From Cyanophora paradoxa CCMP329 (taxonomy: Eukaryota; Plantae; Glaucophyta), in assembly GCA_004431415.1 (NCBI GenBank), contig QPMI01000330.1:1-56229 (forward strand): DNA of 56,229 nt, given 5' to 3'. The notes beneath the pieces are model-generated. The model saw only the letters and a list, made by a program, of their open reading frames with translations. It was not told the origin of the DNA and ran no database searches. The translations under genes were made by a program, and so were the position numbers. Numbering within the stretch: position 1 is the stretch's first letter; each line of letters begins with the position of its first letter. This document shows positions 13,071 through 24,856 of the stretch, one piece after another.

Positions 13071-15174
13071 CTACTCGGGTGCGGGCGGGGCGCCGGAGTG
13101 GGAGGAGGCCCCCGGCGTCGGGGTCGGGGTCGGGGCCGGTGTGGTGCCGGCGCCCGAGGGGGCCGGGGAGGGGGCCGGCGTGGCGGGGGCCCCCTGCGAG
13201 GGAGTCGGCGTGGAGGCGGTGGCGGAGGGGGCGCGCCCGTGCAGCCGGTTCAGCGCCGCCTCCGCGCTCCAGTCGACCCAGTACCTGCCCCCTCCCAGCT
13301 CGCCCCGAGGAGCGCGCAGCGGGGCGGGGCGGGGCGGGGCGGGGCGGGGGGGGACCGGTGGCCGAGGCGGGCCTCGCGCGTCGTGTACTCCTCGACGACG
13401 TCCTGGTAGGCCCGCGAGGCGGCGTAGGCGGCCACGGGGGCCGTCAGCGGGGCCAGCATCTCCTGGGGCACCCAGGGGACGCTGTCCCGCGTCACGGGGT
13501 CCACCACGAGGCCCGCCGCCACCGCGTACGAGACCGCCGCCAGGCCCCGCTCCGCAACGTCCCCGCTGCCCCCGCCCCGCCCTCAGCGGGGTCGGGCGGG
13601 GCGGGAGGGCGGGGTTCAGGGGCGGACGCGAGGTCCTTGGTGAGGGTGAGGAAGAAGCCCTGGTAGTCGGGGTTCAGGAAGAAGGAGCCCGTCGAGTGCC
13701 ACATCAGCTGCACCCCGGCCCCCCAGCCCCGTCAGCACCCATACCCCGTGCACTCGTAGCCCTGGGTTGCTTTGCTTAGACGCCGGCGCTGCATCGGTGC
13801 CCTATCCATGGATCTTGAAGCTTCGAGGGCGCGCGGCTGGCGCTCCGAGCGGCGCGCACGACTCCCCCCCCCCCCCCCCCCCCCTATCCCCCTCTCCTCC
13901 GGGGGGAGGAGCGCAAGGCGCGCACCGCGTTGTGGTAGTGCTCGGGCACGTTGAGGAGGGCGTCCCGCTGCGGGGCACGGGGGGCCGACTTCGGGGTACG
14001 CGGAACGCGAGGGGGTACGGGGGACGCACGCCGTGCTCGGCGGCGACCTCGCCGAGGAGGCGGCAGAACTCCTTCACGACGCCCAGCCCGGGGTGCTTCT
14101 GCCCTGCCCCCGCCCCGCCTCAGGGGTGCGGAGGGCGGCGAGCGGGGGGTGCGGGGCGGGCCTGGGAGGCGGGGTTTCTGCTCGCAGAACTGCGCGCGCG
14201 GGTTCTGCAGGCAGAGCCACTCGATCGCCGTCACCTGCCGCCCCGCCCAACTCGCGCGCGGCGAGAGCGAGAGCCCACGGCCGCGCCGGCGGCACAAAGT
14301 TCCGGGCACCTTGATCGGGGTCGGCAGCGTCTCCATGACGACGTGCGCGACCTGCTTCTGCCGCGCGTCCTCGTGCGGCCCTGCCCCGCCCCCTCCCGGT
14401 GGGCGCCTGCCGGCTCCCCGGGGCGGAGCCGGCCGGGCGCGGTCGCACCCTGGCCGTCCTGGTTGTATGCCTTGAAGTCCGGCAGGCTGCAGATCACTGT
14501 GCATCCGCGCCGCCGCCGGCTCGTCAGCTGCTGGAGCGGGGCGAGACGCCGGGCGGCGGGGCGAGGCGCACTCCGCCTCGCGATGAGGTCGATGAGGACG
14601 TTCTCCTCCTTCGCCTCCTTGTCGTAGACCTGCGCGGCGCTCGGCACGGAAAAGACTCTTCCGCCGCGGCGCGGCCCGCGCCTTCAGTCTATGTACGAAG
14701 AAATCGCTGTCGTCTACGGCGCAGGAGAGGTCGTGGAATCCCATCTTGTGCAGTTTCTCGATAATCCCGTATTTCTGCTCGCAGAGGCGTGATTATTGGT
14801 CCTCGCACGAGCTTCCGCGGGGGGGGACCTTCAGGTACTGAATGGCGTCTGCGGGCGTGTACTGCGGAGCACGTCAGAGCCGCGACGGCGCCGGCCGGCT
14901 CGCCCAGCAGACCGTGTCGAGGAATTTGTGGGTGACGGAGCCGCCCCGCTCGCCGTTCGCGCTCGTCAGCCCGAAATCAGAGAGCAGGTCCGCGGCTGCG
15001 CTGCCTAAGCAAGGTGCTCGAGCGGCTGGGCCAAGCAAGCCTACCGTCCTCGTCGTCGAATGAGATAAGCGGCTTCGGGTCGTCGTGGTGGAACATCTCC
15101 TGCAGATACCGCAACTTCTTGCGGAACACGCCGCTGTCATCATCCTTGCCCTGAGCCTGCGCGCTTTGCGCCAT
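13071..15174 (-). CDS. Protein with bacterial-type domain (IEWLxLQNPR...RLPGQxHPGLG family)
   Basis: Spliced product contains KYGIIEKLHKMGFHDLSCAVDDSDFFVHRLK, AIEWLCLQNPRAQFCEQKPRLPGQKHPGLGVVKEF, LLNVPEHYHNA and FFLNPDYQGFFLTLTKDL. ATG at 15174, TAG at 13071. Confidence 0.7.
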
Positions 15175-15506
15175 CGGCCGTCTTAACGGCGGTCCCCACG
15201 CCGCCCGGCGCCGCTGGACGCGGTTCTCGGGAACCTTAGCTAACTCCCCTGCGTCCTCTGGCCCCGAGCGGCGATGCGGGCGTGCGCTTCGCTGACCGGA
15301 AGCCAAACCTCAGACCGGGCGCAGCGGTCCGGTGCAGCCGAACTCTTCGTATGGACCGCGGCCCGCGGGCGATGGGCGATCGATTCGACAAGCCGCCAGC
15401 CGTCAAGCCCGCTGCCCGACGTGTGCCCGTAGGCCTGGGGGTACAGTCTGTTTTCGAAAGCGTTCGCAGCTGCATCCCCCGCATAAGAGAGCACAGTGCG
15501 GCGGCC

Positions 15507-16731
15507 ATGGCGAAGTCGCCGACCGAGATTATGAAGCTGCTGGTGCGCTCTTTACACCGCAGCCGGGCGCGCTTGCGTGTATCCATGCTCCTGCAGCTCA
15601 CTGCTGTACGCGCAGGCGGAGTACTTCTACGACGACGACTTCGCGCAGACGTTCGAGGTGCGCGTTGCGCCGTGTCGCTAGTTCATTGTTGGACGCCGCC
15701 ACTCCGCATACATCTTAGCTATGGCAGTAGAAGCCTCTTGAGGAGCGTGCGAATTCAACACCGCTCGTTTGGGCCGCGCATTTGCTGGCCAGGCGCTGAG
15801 TCCGCCGCTAACCATCGTTTGTCGCCGAGCCTAGAGAAGAGGACCTCCGGCATAAAGCATGCCGCGGCTGCTGACCGCTTGCCCCGGCCCTTCGACGACG
15901 CAGAACTTCGCAAAGGAGCATTGTCACATCTTCACAGGTCCGCATCGGACAGAAGAGACCGATTGCGTCCTCTGAGGTCCCGCTCGGCAGACGACGAGGA
16001 GAATAAGCTGGAGTACACCGATGTGTACAAGGTGCGCGCCTCGCTGTCGCCCACCTCTCCTCCGCGTCAACCCGACTCGGGGGGCCGGGAGCAGAAGTTC
16101 TGCGCTCTCTTCGAGAAGAAGTTGATGCAGTTCTGCGAGAGCCAGGGCATGTCTTCGGAAGAGTTCTACCGACTCTGCAATGAGGTGCGCCGCCGTGTGT
16201 GTGGGGTGTGTTTGGATGGCCTCGCTTCTTTTCCTTTCCTTCTCTCGTCCTCTGGAGAACCGTGATGCTAGCCGATCGGGGCAGGTCCAAAAGAACAAAG
16301 AGGGAACTGACGCGGCGGAATTCGCGTACACAATCCTCCGAATCCTCCTCGCCTCGTTTGAGTTCGAGGGTTTCATAACCCTGATGAGGGAGGCGAGGGA
16401 TATGGGCCCGAGCCTGCGGAGCGCTAAGGATAGCGAGGGCTTGTGACGGGCCCTAGGATGGTGCGACGGGCTCCTGGGCTCGCCCGCGCGCGAGGGCCAC
16501 GCCATCTGACCTCTCCGCGCGCGCAGGTCAGCTCCAAGAAGGTGGACGACGACGGCTGGTGGGGCCCCGCCCCGCCTTGCAGCGCTCCCTGCACGCCGCG
16601 CCTGCTCACCGGCGCGCGTCTCCTCCACCCTCGCCAGGTCCGAAAGCATGCTGCAGGTGCTCCTGGCGACCTCCGACTTCGACGTCTTCCTCGCCCTCAT
16701 GCGCGAGACCCGCGACGGCGCCACCCGATGA
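15507..16731 (+). CDS. BART (ARL2/ARL3-binding; ARL2BP/CFAP36-like) domain protein with two alternative 3' ends
   Basis: Exons 15507-15542, 15616-15657, 15904-15937, 15991-16031 and 16095-16184 give FAQTFENFAKEHCHIFTDDEENKLEYTDVYKKFCALFEKKLMQFCESQGMSSEEFYRLC. This continues into either 16285-16446 or 16527-16558 plus 16638-16731. Confidence 0.85.
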
Positions 16732-16971
16732 TCCACCCCTCCCCCCCGGGCCCTACCCCGAGCCCGCGCCTCTTCTCCCCTCTCCGCCAGCTTCGCCCCG
16801 TGCCCCGTCCTCTTTCGCGGCCCTTCTTCCACTCAAGGCGCCTCCCCCAGCCCTCTGGAGCTCCCCGATGCCACCCCTCGCCCCCCCTGCCCTCCCCGCC
16901 CCTCATCCGCAGGGATGAATGTGTTCCCTCTCTAAGCCTGAGCCAGAGTTATTTACCTAAGCCTCTCTGAG

Positions 16972-19255
16972 CTAGAGGAGCGGGGCGTTGCCGAGGAGCT
17001 GCTGGAGAGCCCCCACGAGGATCGCCTTCTCGCCCTCCACGACCACCCCCGCCATCCGCCCCCGCACGCCGGCCTCGGGGCCCTCGCCCGGGGCCCCCTC
17101 CAGCGTGTACTGCTTCAGGCGCGCTGCCAGCCCGCCCGCCCGCGTCGGGCCGCGGCAGGGCGCCGGGGGCCGGCGCGGACCGGCGAGGACGATGGAGAGG
17201 GCCTGCCGCACGCGCGCCTCGCTCGCGGCGTCCAGCGCGCCGCCCTGCGCCGGCCTGAGGCCTAGGCCGGCGCAGGGCGGGATGGGCTGCCGGGCACCTT
17301 GAGGCGCTTCTCGAGGGCGGCGACGGCGTCGGCGGACTGGGCGGTCGCGAGCGCTGCGAAGCGGGCGAGGTTCGCCGGCAGGGGCCCCGCCCGCAGCTCG
17401 AACAGGCCCGTCAGCTGCCGCGCATCGAACTCTGAGCGGCCGCCGGGCCCCGCGGCGCAAGAGGGAGCGCGCGCCTGCTTGGCGTCCGCGTCGCGCAGGC
17501 ACGCCTTCGCCGCCTTGAGCTTGGCGTCGCGGAGCGGGTCCGCCTGCGCCCCAGCGCGCCGCGTCGTGCGCATTCCCTCGAAGAAGAAGCTGTACCCCCG
17601 GAACGGGGGGAGAGGGCGCACGGCGCGGATGCCGAGCTTAACCTCCACCAAGTCGTGCGAGTTCCCCTCGATCGCGAAGCCGCACTCTGCGCGCCCGTCC
17701 CCGTGAGGCGTGCCACGGTGCGGGAGCCGGGGCCGGCCGGCCCGGCCGCACCGACGAGAAGGTGGGCGTTCGGGTGGGCCCCGTAGAAAGCCATCGCCTG
17801 CGGGGCGCGGCGGGGCGCTCAGAGGTCTGGGCGGGCGCCGGGCCGACCGGGCGGCCGCTCGCCTGCTGCGCCGGCGTGAGGTCCCTCGCCGCGCGGACGA
17901 CCAGGTCGCCCGAGCCTTCCTGCGCGCCCGCCCGCCGCCGCCTCAGCCGCGCCGTGAAGCCGAAGAGCGGGGGCGGGGGGCAGCTGCGGGCGGGCCTCGA
18001 ATCCCCAGGAGACGTTGGGGCCGGGGGCCCGCGCCTCGTGGTTCAGCAGGTCGCCCCCGGGCACCATCACCTGCGCGGAGGTTCGAGGCGGGGCCGGGGG
18101 CGCGCGCCAAATCATCATCACCCACCATTTCGGGGAGGCCCGACCTGCCGCGGCGGCCGCGTGCGTGAGGGCGCGCGCGAGGCGCGAGCGCCTGCCGGGA
18201 GCGCTACCGCGACTCCCGCCCGAAGCAGCGGGACGAAACGGCGTTCAGGGCCCACGCGAGCCGCGCCGGCGTGAACCAGTCCCTCGGGAACGGCCCCGCT
18301 CCCTTGCGCAGCGCCTGCGGCGCCCGGCGGCCACCGTCAGCTGCGGGCCGATCCGCTGGGGCGCTGGCGGGCGGCGCGGGCGCCTGCGATATGTGCTTGT
18401 GCAGCGTCCCGTACAACGCCTTTGCGTCTTGAGCTCGCTGGAGTGCACGGGAGCCCTGCAGCGCTAGCGCCTCAGCAGGGGCGAGCTTCGAGAGTTGGCA
18501 GGGAACGGGCCGGAGGCGCACCCGCAGCATCTCCAGCTCCGCGTCGCTCCAGTGGCACGGAAAATCGTCGAACGCGTCGTACGGGATGCCGCTGCGGACG
18601 CAAGCCGGCGCCGTGAGTGCTCGAGGGGGCACAGGGCCGCGCGCGGCGCACACGAGGTAGGGCCCCCAGAGGGTGGCGGCATAGGAGCCGGCGCTCTCGG
18701 CGCGCAGGCGGTGGAGTAGTATGAAGAGCGCCGTGCTGACGTGCTCGACAAAGTGGTCATAGGGTAGCTCCTCGAAGAGGCCCTGAAGCGAGAGAGACTC
18801 GATGAACGCCCACAGCTCCCGGTCCGCACTCACTTTTTCCATGTCGATCAGGTACGCTTCCGGTACCCGCGCCTGCCCGCGCGTCCGATCACGATCAGCG
18901 GAGCTGGACGAGTAGACCGGGGCGCGCGCGTCGGTTTTACACGTACCACTTCAGCGCCGCGCTTGAGCACTCGCCGAGGCTTCATTCCTCGCAGGCCTTC
19001 GAACTCCGCGAGCTCGATTTCCCACCGCCGCGCGGCGCTGAGCTCCCGGAGCAGATGCAGCGCAGCTTGCTGCGGGTCCAGCGCGGTCGGAGCGGCAGAG
19101 GCGGCGACCTCGAACCGAGGTCTGGGGCGCTGACTGGAGCGCTCGCCGTGGGGGATCAGCGGCCGCAGGCCGTGGCGGCTGAGATCCGGTGCTTGCCGAG
19201 CGCCGAGGAATGCGCCCGGTCGGACCGGCGATCCGGGGCAGCAGAAAGCTTGCAT
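16972..19255 (-). CDS. Plastid-targeted SET-domain protein lysine methyltransferase (Rubisco LSMT/SETD3-like)
   Basis: MQAF... transit peptide. SET motifs GLRGM, LWGPYL, FPCHWSDAELEML, AWALNAVSSRCF, MVPGGDLLNHE, FYGAHPNAHLL..CGF, followed by an LSMT substrate-binding-like C-terminus. Confidence 0.85.
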
Positions 19256-19342
19256 CCCTCACGATCCAACCCTCGCCGTGGCCTCACGATCCTCACAAAA
19301 GCCACCGATCTCCGAGCTCGAGCTGTGTACCCCTAGCAGGCG
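19256..19342. promoter_or_regulatory. Very short bidirectional promoter/5'UTR interval
   Basis: 87 bp separate the divergent ATGs at 19255 (-) and 19343 (+). Confidence 0.6.
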
Positions 19343-22124
19343 ATGGCCGACGTCGAGGATGTGGCCGCCCTACAGCGGCGCATCCTCAGCAGCGAGGATC
19401 TTTACGACATCCTCGGCGTCCCGCAGCGCGCCGCTCAGCCGGACATAGCAAAGCGCTACAAGCGCCTCTGCCTTCTATTCCACCCCGTGCGCTGACTTGC
19501 TCAGTGCAGTAACGCGCCGCCCAACCAACCCGCGCCGCGCAGGACAAGAACAGGGCCGAGCACGCCGAGGAAGCGTTCAAAAAGATTGGCAAGGGTGCGC
19601 GACGCGCGGTTTGCCCACGCAGCAACTGGATTGAAGATTGATCGTGCCCGCGCGTAGCTTACGAGACCCTGCGAGATCCCGCGTCGAGAAGCCTGTACGA
19701 TGCAACCCACGCGAACGGGCTCTTCCGGCACCCCACCTCCTACACCAGCTATCCCTCGTACCAGCCGTCGTGGGCAGCTCCGCAGCGGCCTCCACAGCCT
19801 GCCCAGACTCAGTGGCAGAAAGCGCGGCAGCCGCCGCCGGCGCCCCCGCGAAGCCAGCCGACACGACCTGGGCCCGCGCCGCAGCCGCCGCGATCTGCAC
19901 CGCAGCCCACTCGGCCGCAGCCAACGAAAGCCAAGCCGACAGGGCCGCCTCCGGTGCCCCCGCCGCCAACAGCCCTGCGAAGCGAGTTCACGGCCAACTA
20001 CGTCCTGCCGCCCGTCGTGCGATGCCCTTCAGCGCAGTGCGCGAAGGAGTTTCCTCCGTCGGACTACTACACGCACTGCCCGAACTGCCGGATATACGTC
20101 TTCGCCGGCATCTGGAAGGGCTCGGTCGCCGCCCAGGCGGCGCAGGGGACCTCTTCCACCACCTCCTCCTCCAGCTCCTCCAATCCGCACACGCGGACCA
20201 CCCCCAACTCTTCTTTTCCTTCCACTTCCGCCTCGGGCCCCCGCTCCGGCGCCTCGTCCTCCACCTCCTCCTCGAGCGCGCCCCAGACGCGGCCCGCAGG
20301 CCCCGCGAACGGCGCCGCGCCAAAGCCAGGCGGGGCTTCCTCGTCGGGTCCCGCCTCGCAGCCGGACTACCCGGTGACGGCGGACGGGGCGCCTGACTTC
20401 GAGGCGATGAAGGCGTCGCAGCTGAAGGCCTGGCTGGCGGAGCGCGGCGTCAGCGTAACCGACTGCATCGAGCGCTCGGACTTCGTCACCAAAGCCACCC
20501 GCGTCTGGCACACCCTCTCCTCCTCCGCCGCCGGCGACAAGCCCGCCGGTGGCTCGGCGCCTGACACGCCCCCGCCCGCCCCCTCTGGCCCCTCATTCGT
20601 CCCCCCCTCTAGCTCCTCCGGCGCTTCGTCATCCACCCAGCCCCCCAGCGAGCCGTCAGGGGCGGCACCGCCGGCAGACGCCGCGGAGACGCGCGGCGAG
20701 CCCTCAGGGCCGCCATCCTCCTCATCCGAGCCGGCCGCTGCGTCGAAGTCGGCCCCCTCGGAGACGGGGGCGCCCGACGCGGACGGGAGCGGGGCGCGGA
20801 AGCGGGGGCGGCGGGAGGCCGGGGCGGAGGCCCCTGAGGAGGCCACGATCGTGCCTGAGGATCTCGACGGGATAGACCCCGCGAACGTCGTCACGAGGGT
20901 GCGCCCCCCCGGGGGCTTGTCTGCCCTCCGCGCCGCCCCGCTTGAATTGACGTCCCTGCAGAGGCTGCGATCGCGGGACAGGCCGAGGGAGGTGGGGACG
21001 GTGGCCCCAAGGGAGCCGAGAGCGGCCCCCCGGGAGCCGGGGCCGGTGGGGAAGAAGCGGCAGAGCCGGTACATAGAAGTGACCTCCCTGGAGCCGGACA
21101 CGGACGACGAGGTCATCGAGGAGAAACCCCAGAAGAAGCGCTCCAGGCCCGCCGCCGCCGCCCCGCCTCCGAGGCGCGCCCCGCTCCTCTCACGCCCCCA
21201 TCTCCCCCCGCTCCCGCAGGCTCCCCTCCGGAGCGGCCTCGTCCTCGAGCACCCGGCGGAGGTGCGGCCCATCTTCCCCGCGATCCGTCGCGGTGGCGCC
21301 GGGGGCGAGCGTGGGGCGGGGCGCAGGCGGGCGGCGGAGAACGGGCGGCAGAAGCGGCGCAAGCGAGGCGGCGAGGCGGACGAGGTTGTCGTCGAGAGCG
21401 AGGAGGAGGAGGACGACGACGAGGTGCCCCGCGCCGCGCCGCGCGGGGCGGTGGGGCGGCGCCGGCGGCGCGCGCTGACTGCCCGCCCGCCCGCCCGCCC
21501 GCCGGCAGACCTACAACGTGGAGGCGATCATGGGCTGGAAGAAGGAGGGCGGAGCGACCTACATGCGTGTGCGCTGGGAGGGAGAAAAGTGGCGCCCGCG
21601 GGAGGAGTGGACGTGGGAGGAGCGCGCCTCCTTCATGCGGACCGCCGGCTCTGAGGTCCGCAAGCTGGTCAAGGAGGTGCGAGCGCGTGCGGCCGGGGCG
21701 GCCGGGGCGGGGCGGGGCGGGGCGGCCCCCTCCGACGCGCCCCGCAGTTCGAGGCGAAGTTCGTGACCCCCGAGCTGGCCCGCATCGAGCTCGACGAGAA
21801 CGGCGCCGTCGAACAGCGCGAGCTCGCAACCGGCACCTCCGCCGCCCCCGCCTCCCAGCGGCCCCGCGCCGCCGCCCAGACCACCCGCAACAGCCCCCGC
21901 GTCGCTCACAACCCCTTTTCCGCCGGCGGGGCGGCCGCGCGCGGTGCGGCGGGGGCGGCTCCGGCGGGAGAGGCGCAGGCGCGCTGGGCGCAGGCGAACC
22001 AGGCGGCGCGGATGAACGCGGGGCCGCGGGCGAGCGCCGCCAGCAGCAGCGGCTCCTCGACCGCCTCCCGGCGCCACATCGACGCCGTCTCCCCATCATA
22101 GAGATCGACGACGACGACGTCTAG
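19343..22124 (+). CDS. J-domain protein with Zn ribbon, SAP/HeH-like motif and chromo-like domain
   Basis: J-domain DLYDILGV...YKRLCLLFHP|DKNRAEHAEEAFKKIGKAYETLRDPASRSLYD (HPD split by an intron). Also CPSAQC...CPNC, MKASQLKAWLAERGVSVTDCIERSDFV, YNVEAIMGWKKEGGATYMRVRWEG...WTWE and a C-terminal IIEIDDDDV. Confidence 0.8.
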
Positions 22125-22464
22125 CTCCCCCCCCGCCCCCGCCCCCGCCCCTCACCCGAACACCCCTTGCCCGCCCTCCCGCCTTGCCCCCGAGTGCATC
22201 CCCCCCTCCCCCCCCCCCCCCCCCTTGCCCTCCCTCTCCACATCTTCTCCTTTTCCCCCGCCGCGGCGCCCTCCGACTTCTCAGTCATGCCTTGTCACGC
22301 TCACCAGGTCCCTCAATTTCGAGAATGCCCTGCGGCCCGCTGCGGCTCGAAGGCCCGCCGCGAGCAGGGTCGAGAATGCACGCTAGATGGAGAGAAACGT
22401 AATCAGACATGTACAAGCAAGCAGCGCACAAGAGTGGCAGGGGCTCGGCGGCGACCGCGCGGGG

Positions 22465-23365
22465 TCACGCGTCGCTGCAGTACTTCTCGAGCTTGTCGAA
22501 CTGCTCGGTCTGCTCGAGCCAGAGCAGGTATTCGTCGCTTGGCACTGTGCGCCGGCGCCGGCCCGCTCAGCTGCGGCCGGGCGCGCCAGGAGAAGCGCGT
22601 CGCAGTGGCGCACCGTACTGGTCCTCAGGGAACTGCTTGCCATTGTGTCCGTACCAGTACATCGCCAGGAAGAAGATGACATCCGTGAGGTACACCGCCA
22701 GGAAGGACTTGTACACGAACGGCACGACGACGTTGATCAGCGGGATCAACGCGAAGCTCCAGTTGATCGCCCAGCGCGCCTGGTGCGTCGGCCTCCGCGC
22801 CTGCGCGCGCAGACGTGAGGGGCGGCGGGCGTGGCTGTACGCGCGGGGCGGGGCGGGGCACCTGGACGGAGGGGATCACGAACATCCACATGGACCAGCC
22901 GCCCATGATGCCCCAGAAGGGGTCGCCCTTGAACTGCGGCACGAGCTCCGCCGCCAGGACGAACCCGAGCGCCGCCGTGATGATGGCCTGCACCCAGAAG
23001 ACCTTGTTCATCAGGTTGTCCTCCGCCGGGGGATAGAGCTTCCTCAGCGGCTTCGGCGGGTCGAGCTCCTGCTGCCCCGCCTGCTCGGCGGGCTGCTCTG
23101 GCGCCTGCTGCTCGGACTGCTTCTCGACGGCGAAAACCCGGAACGCGGCGGCCCGCGGGAACGCCTGGGCGAACGGAGAGAGTGCGACGGACTCGCCGAA
23201 GAACTGCCGGCGGCGTGGCGACGCGACGGCACCCGCGCGGGTGTCAGCGCGTGCGCACGAGGCCGTGGGTCGCGCGCTGCATCGGGCTGCTGTAGAAATT
23301 GGCTGGAGCGACGCCAGCACGCGGCCGGTCGGCACGGCGGGGCTCGCGAAGCTGGTTTGCCGCAT
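22465..23365 (-). CDS. RPH1: RESISTANCE TO PHYTOPHTHORA 1-like plastid membrane protein
   Basis: Transit peptide MRQTSFASP.... Spliced WMFVIPSVQARRPTHQARWAINWSFALIPLINVVVPFVYKSFLAVYLTDVIFFLAMYWY matches the recalled plant RPH1 core (IPxLRAR...ALNYLFLLVPLLNxxIPFFWKSFAxVWSADxxAFFAMY). Confidence 0.7.
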
Positions 23366-23584
23366 TTCGATCGCTCTATTGAAGTGCCACGGCAAGGAGC
23401 CGAACCCCGGGGTTTGTGATGGGGGATGGGGAAGCCAGGGACGGGGGGTAGAAGGGAGCGGAAGCCTCGCATTCGTATATACGCAGGGGCGGCAGGGCCG
23501 CTATCTATCTGTCCGTGTCGAATCCGTTTGGACGCTCTCCAGACGCTCTTGGACTCGTTGTGACGCTTTGAACGGGCCGGGGCC

Positions 23585-24235
23585 ATGGCGGACGTCGCGC
23601 GGGGCGAGAAAATCTTCAAGCAGCGCTGCCTTCAGTGTCACACCGTGGAAAAAGTGCGAACGCCGCGGGTCGCCTGCGCCGCGCGTCACGACGACGCGCG
23701 CCGAATCCGGTCGCAGGGGGCGCACAAGATGGGACCGAGCCTGCACGGCATCTTCGGGAAGAAGGCGGGCACGGCGGCCGGCTTTCCCTTTTCCGAGGCG
23801 AACAAGAATGCAGGTGCGTCAATTTGAATATTTAATTCTTGCAGTATGCGCAGCCGCGTGTGCGGCCAGGGGCGCACGCCTTAGCGCGCGTGCTAGCGCT
23901 CGCTCTAGATCTCTCCTTGCGTCCGCTCACAGTGCACGTACGCGTGTAGGCGTGACCTGGACGGAGGAGACGCTCTCGTCATACATAGAAAACTGGAAGA
24001 AGCACATGGTGCGAGATCCCCTGTGGCGTCCCGTCGCAATATTAATGCCTTACGGTTGCGGGCACGCACCCCGCGGCTGGCGTCAGCCCGGGAGTAAAAT
24101 GGTGTTCGCTGGCCTGAAGAAAGAGGTCCGCTGGGCCCGCCTCTCGGGGCCGCACACGTGCCGCCGCAGACGACTGGCGCGCAGGACGAGCGAGCGGACC
24201 TCATCGCGTACCTGAAGAAGGCCCGCGCTGAATGA
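23585..24235 (+). CDS. CYC: Mitochondrial-type cytochrome c (divergent), 5 exons
   Basis: [23 protein letters not shown]|[32 protein letters not shown]|[20 protein letters not shown]|[13 protein letters not shown]|[16 protein letters not shown]. The CxxCH motif and axial Met are present. Confidence 0.95.
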
Positions 24236-24856
24236 CCTCGACGCTCTTTGCGGCGAGACCGCCGGTCGGGCTGGTGCCGACGCCGCATCTGGGTGCCCCC
24301 AGCCGCCGAACGGCGGTCTGGAGAGGCGAACAATGGCATGCACGACGCGAGGCGCCCGCGGACACCACAACCGAGCCCGGATCCGGAACTCAAGGCGGGG
24401 CGCGGATCGCGGAGTTGCCGGCGGATCTCAGTGTTGCTTGCTCATCATCAGCGATCATGGGCGTGGACATGATCAACAGCTGCGATATCGATGTTCGAAA
24501 TCCGCTGATCGATCATATGATTAGCCCGGCCAACGTACTCCAGCTGGCATGGTATCGATCGAGCAGACTGAGCCAGTACAAGTAAAGTAGACCGTCGAGT
24601 CGACAGCGCTAGCTTCAGAATGCATACCGCGTAGTACCCTTGTGATTTTTTAAAAATTTAACTCGCACATACACAAAGGATGGTCCCGTTCGCGCACTGC
24701 GGCGCGGAATGTATAGGGAGGGGCCTTTAAACATCAGGAAAAAGGGCAGCTGCAAGGAGCCAGTTCGAAAAGGCATCGGCTTGGAAAAAGCTGGTCGTGC
24801 GGGTGGGATCCGGAGGCGGCGGGGCCGCCGGCTGCGGGACGCGCGGCGAGCGGCGT

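Noticed and set aside
2591-13409. Many long Arg/Pro/Gly-rich ORFs in the supplied track (e.g. 2591-4534, 8449-10692, 11023-12957)
   Set aside because: These are shadow or antisense frames and intron read-through caused by very high GC and few stop codons. The real proteins emerge only after splicing.
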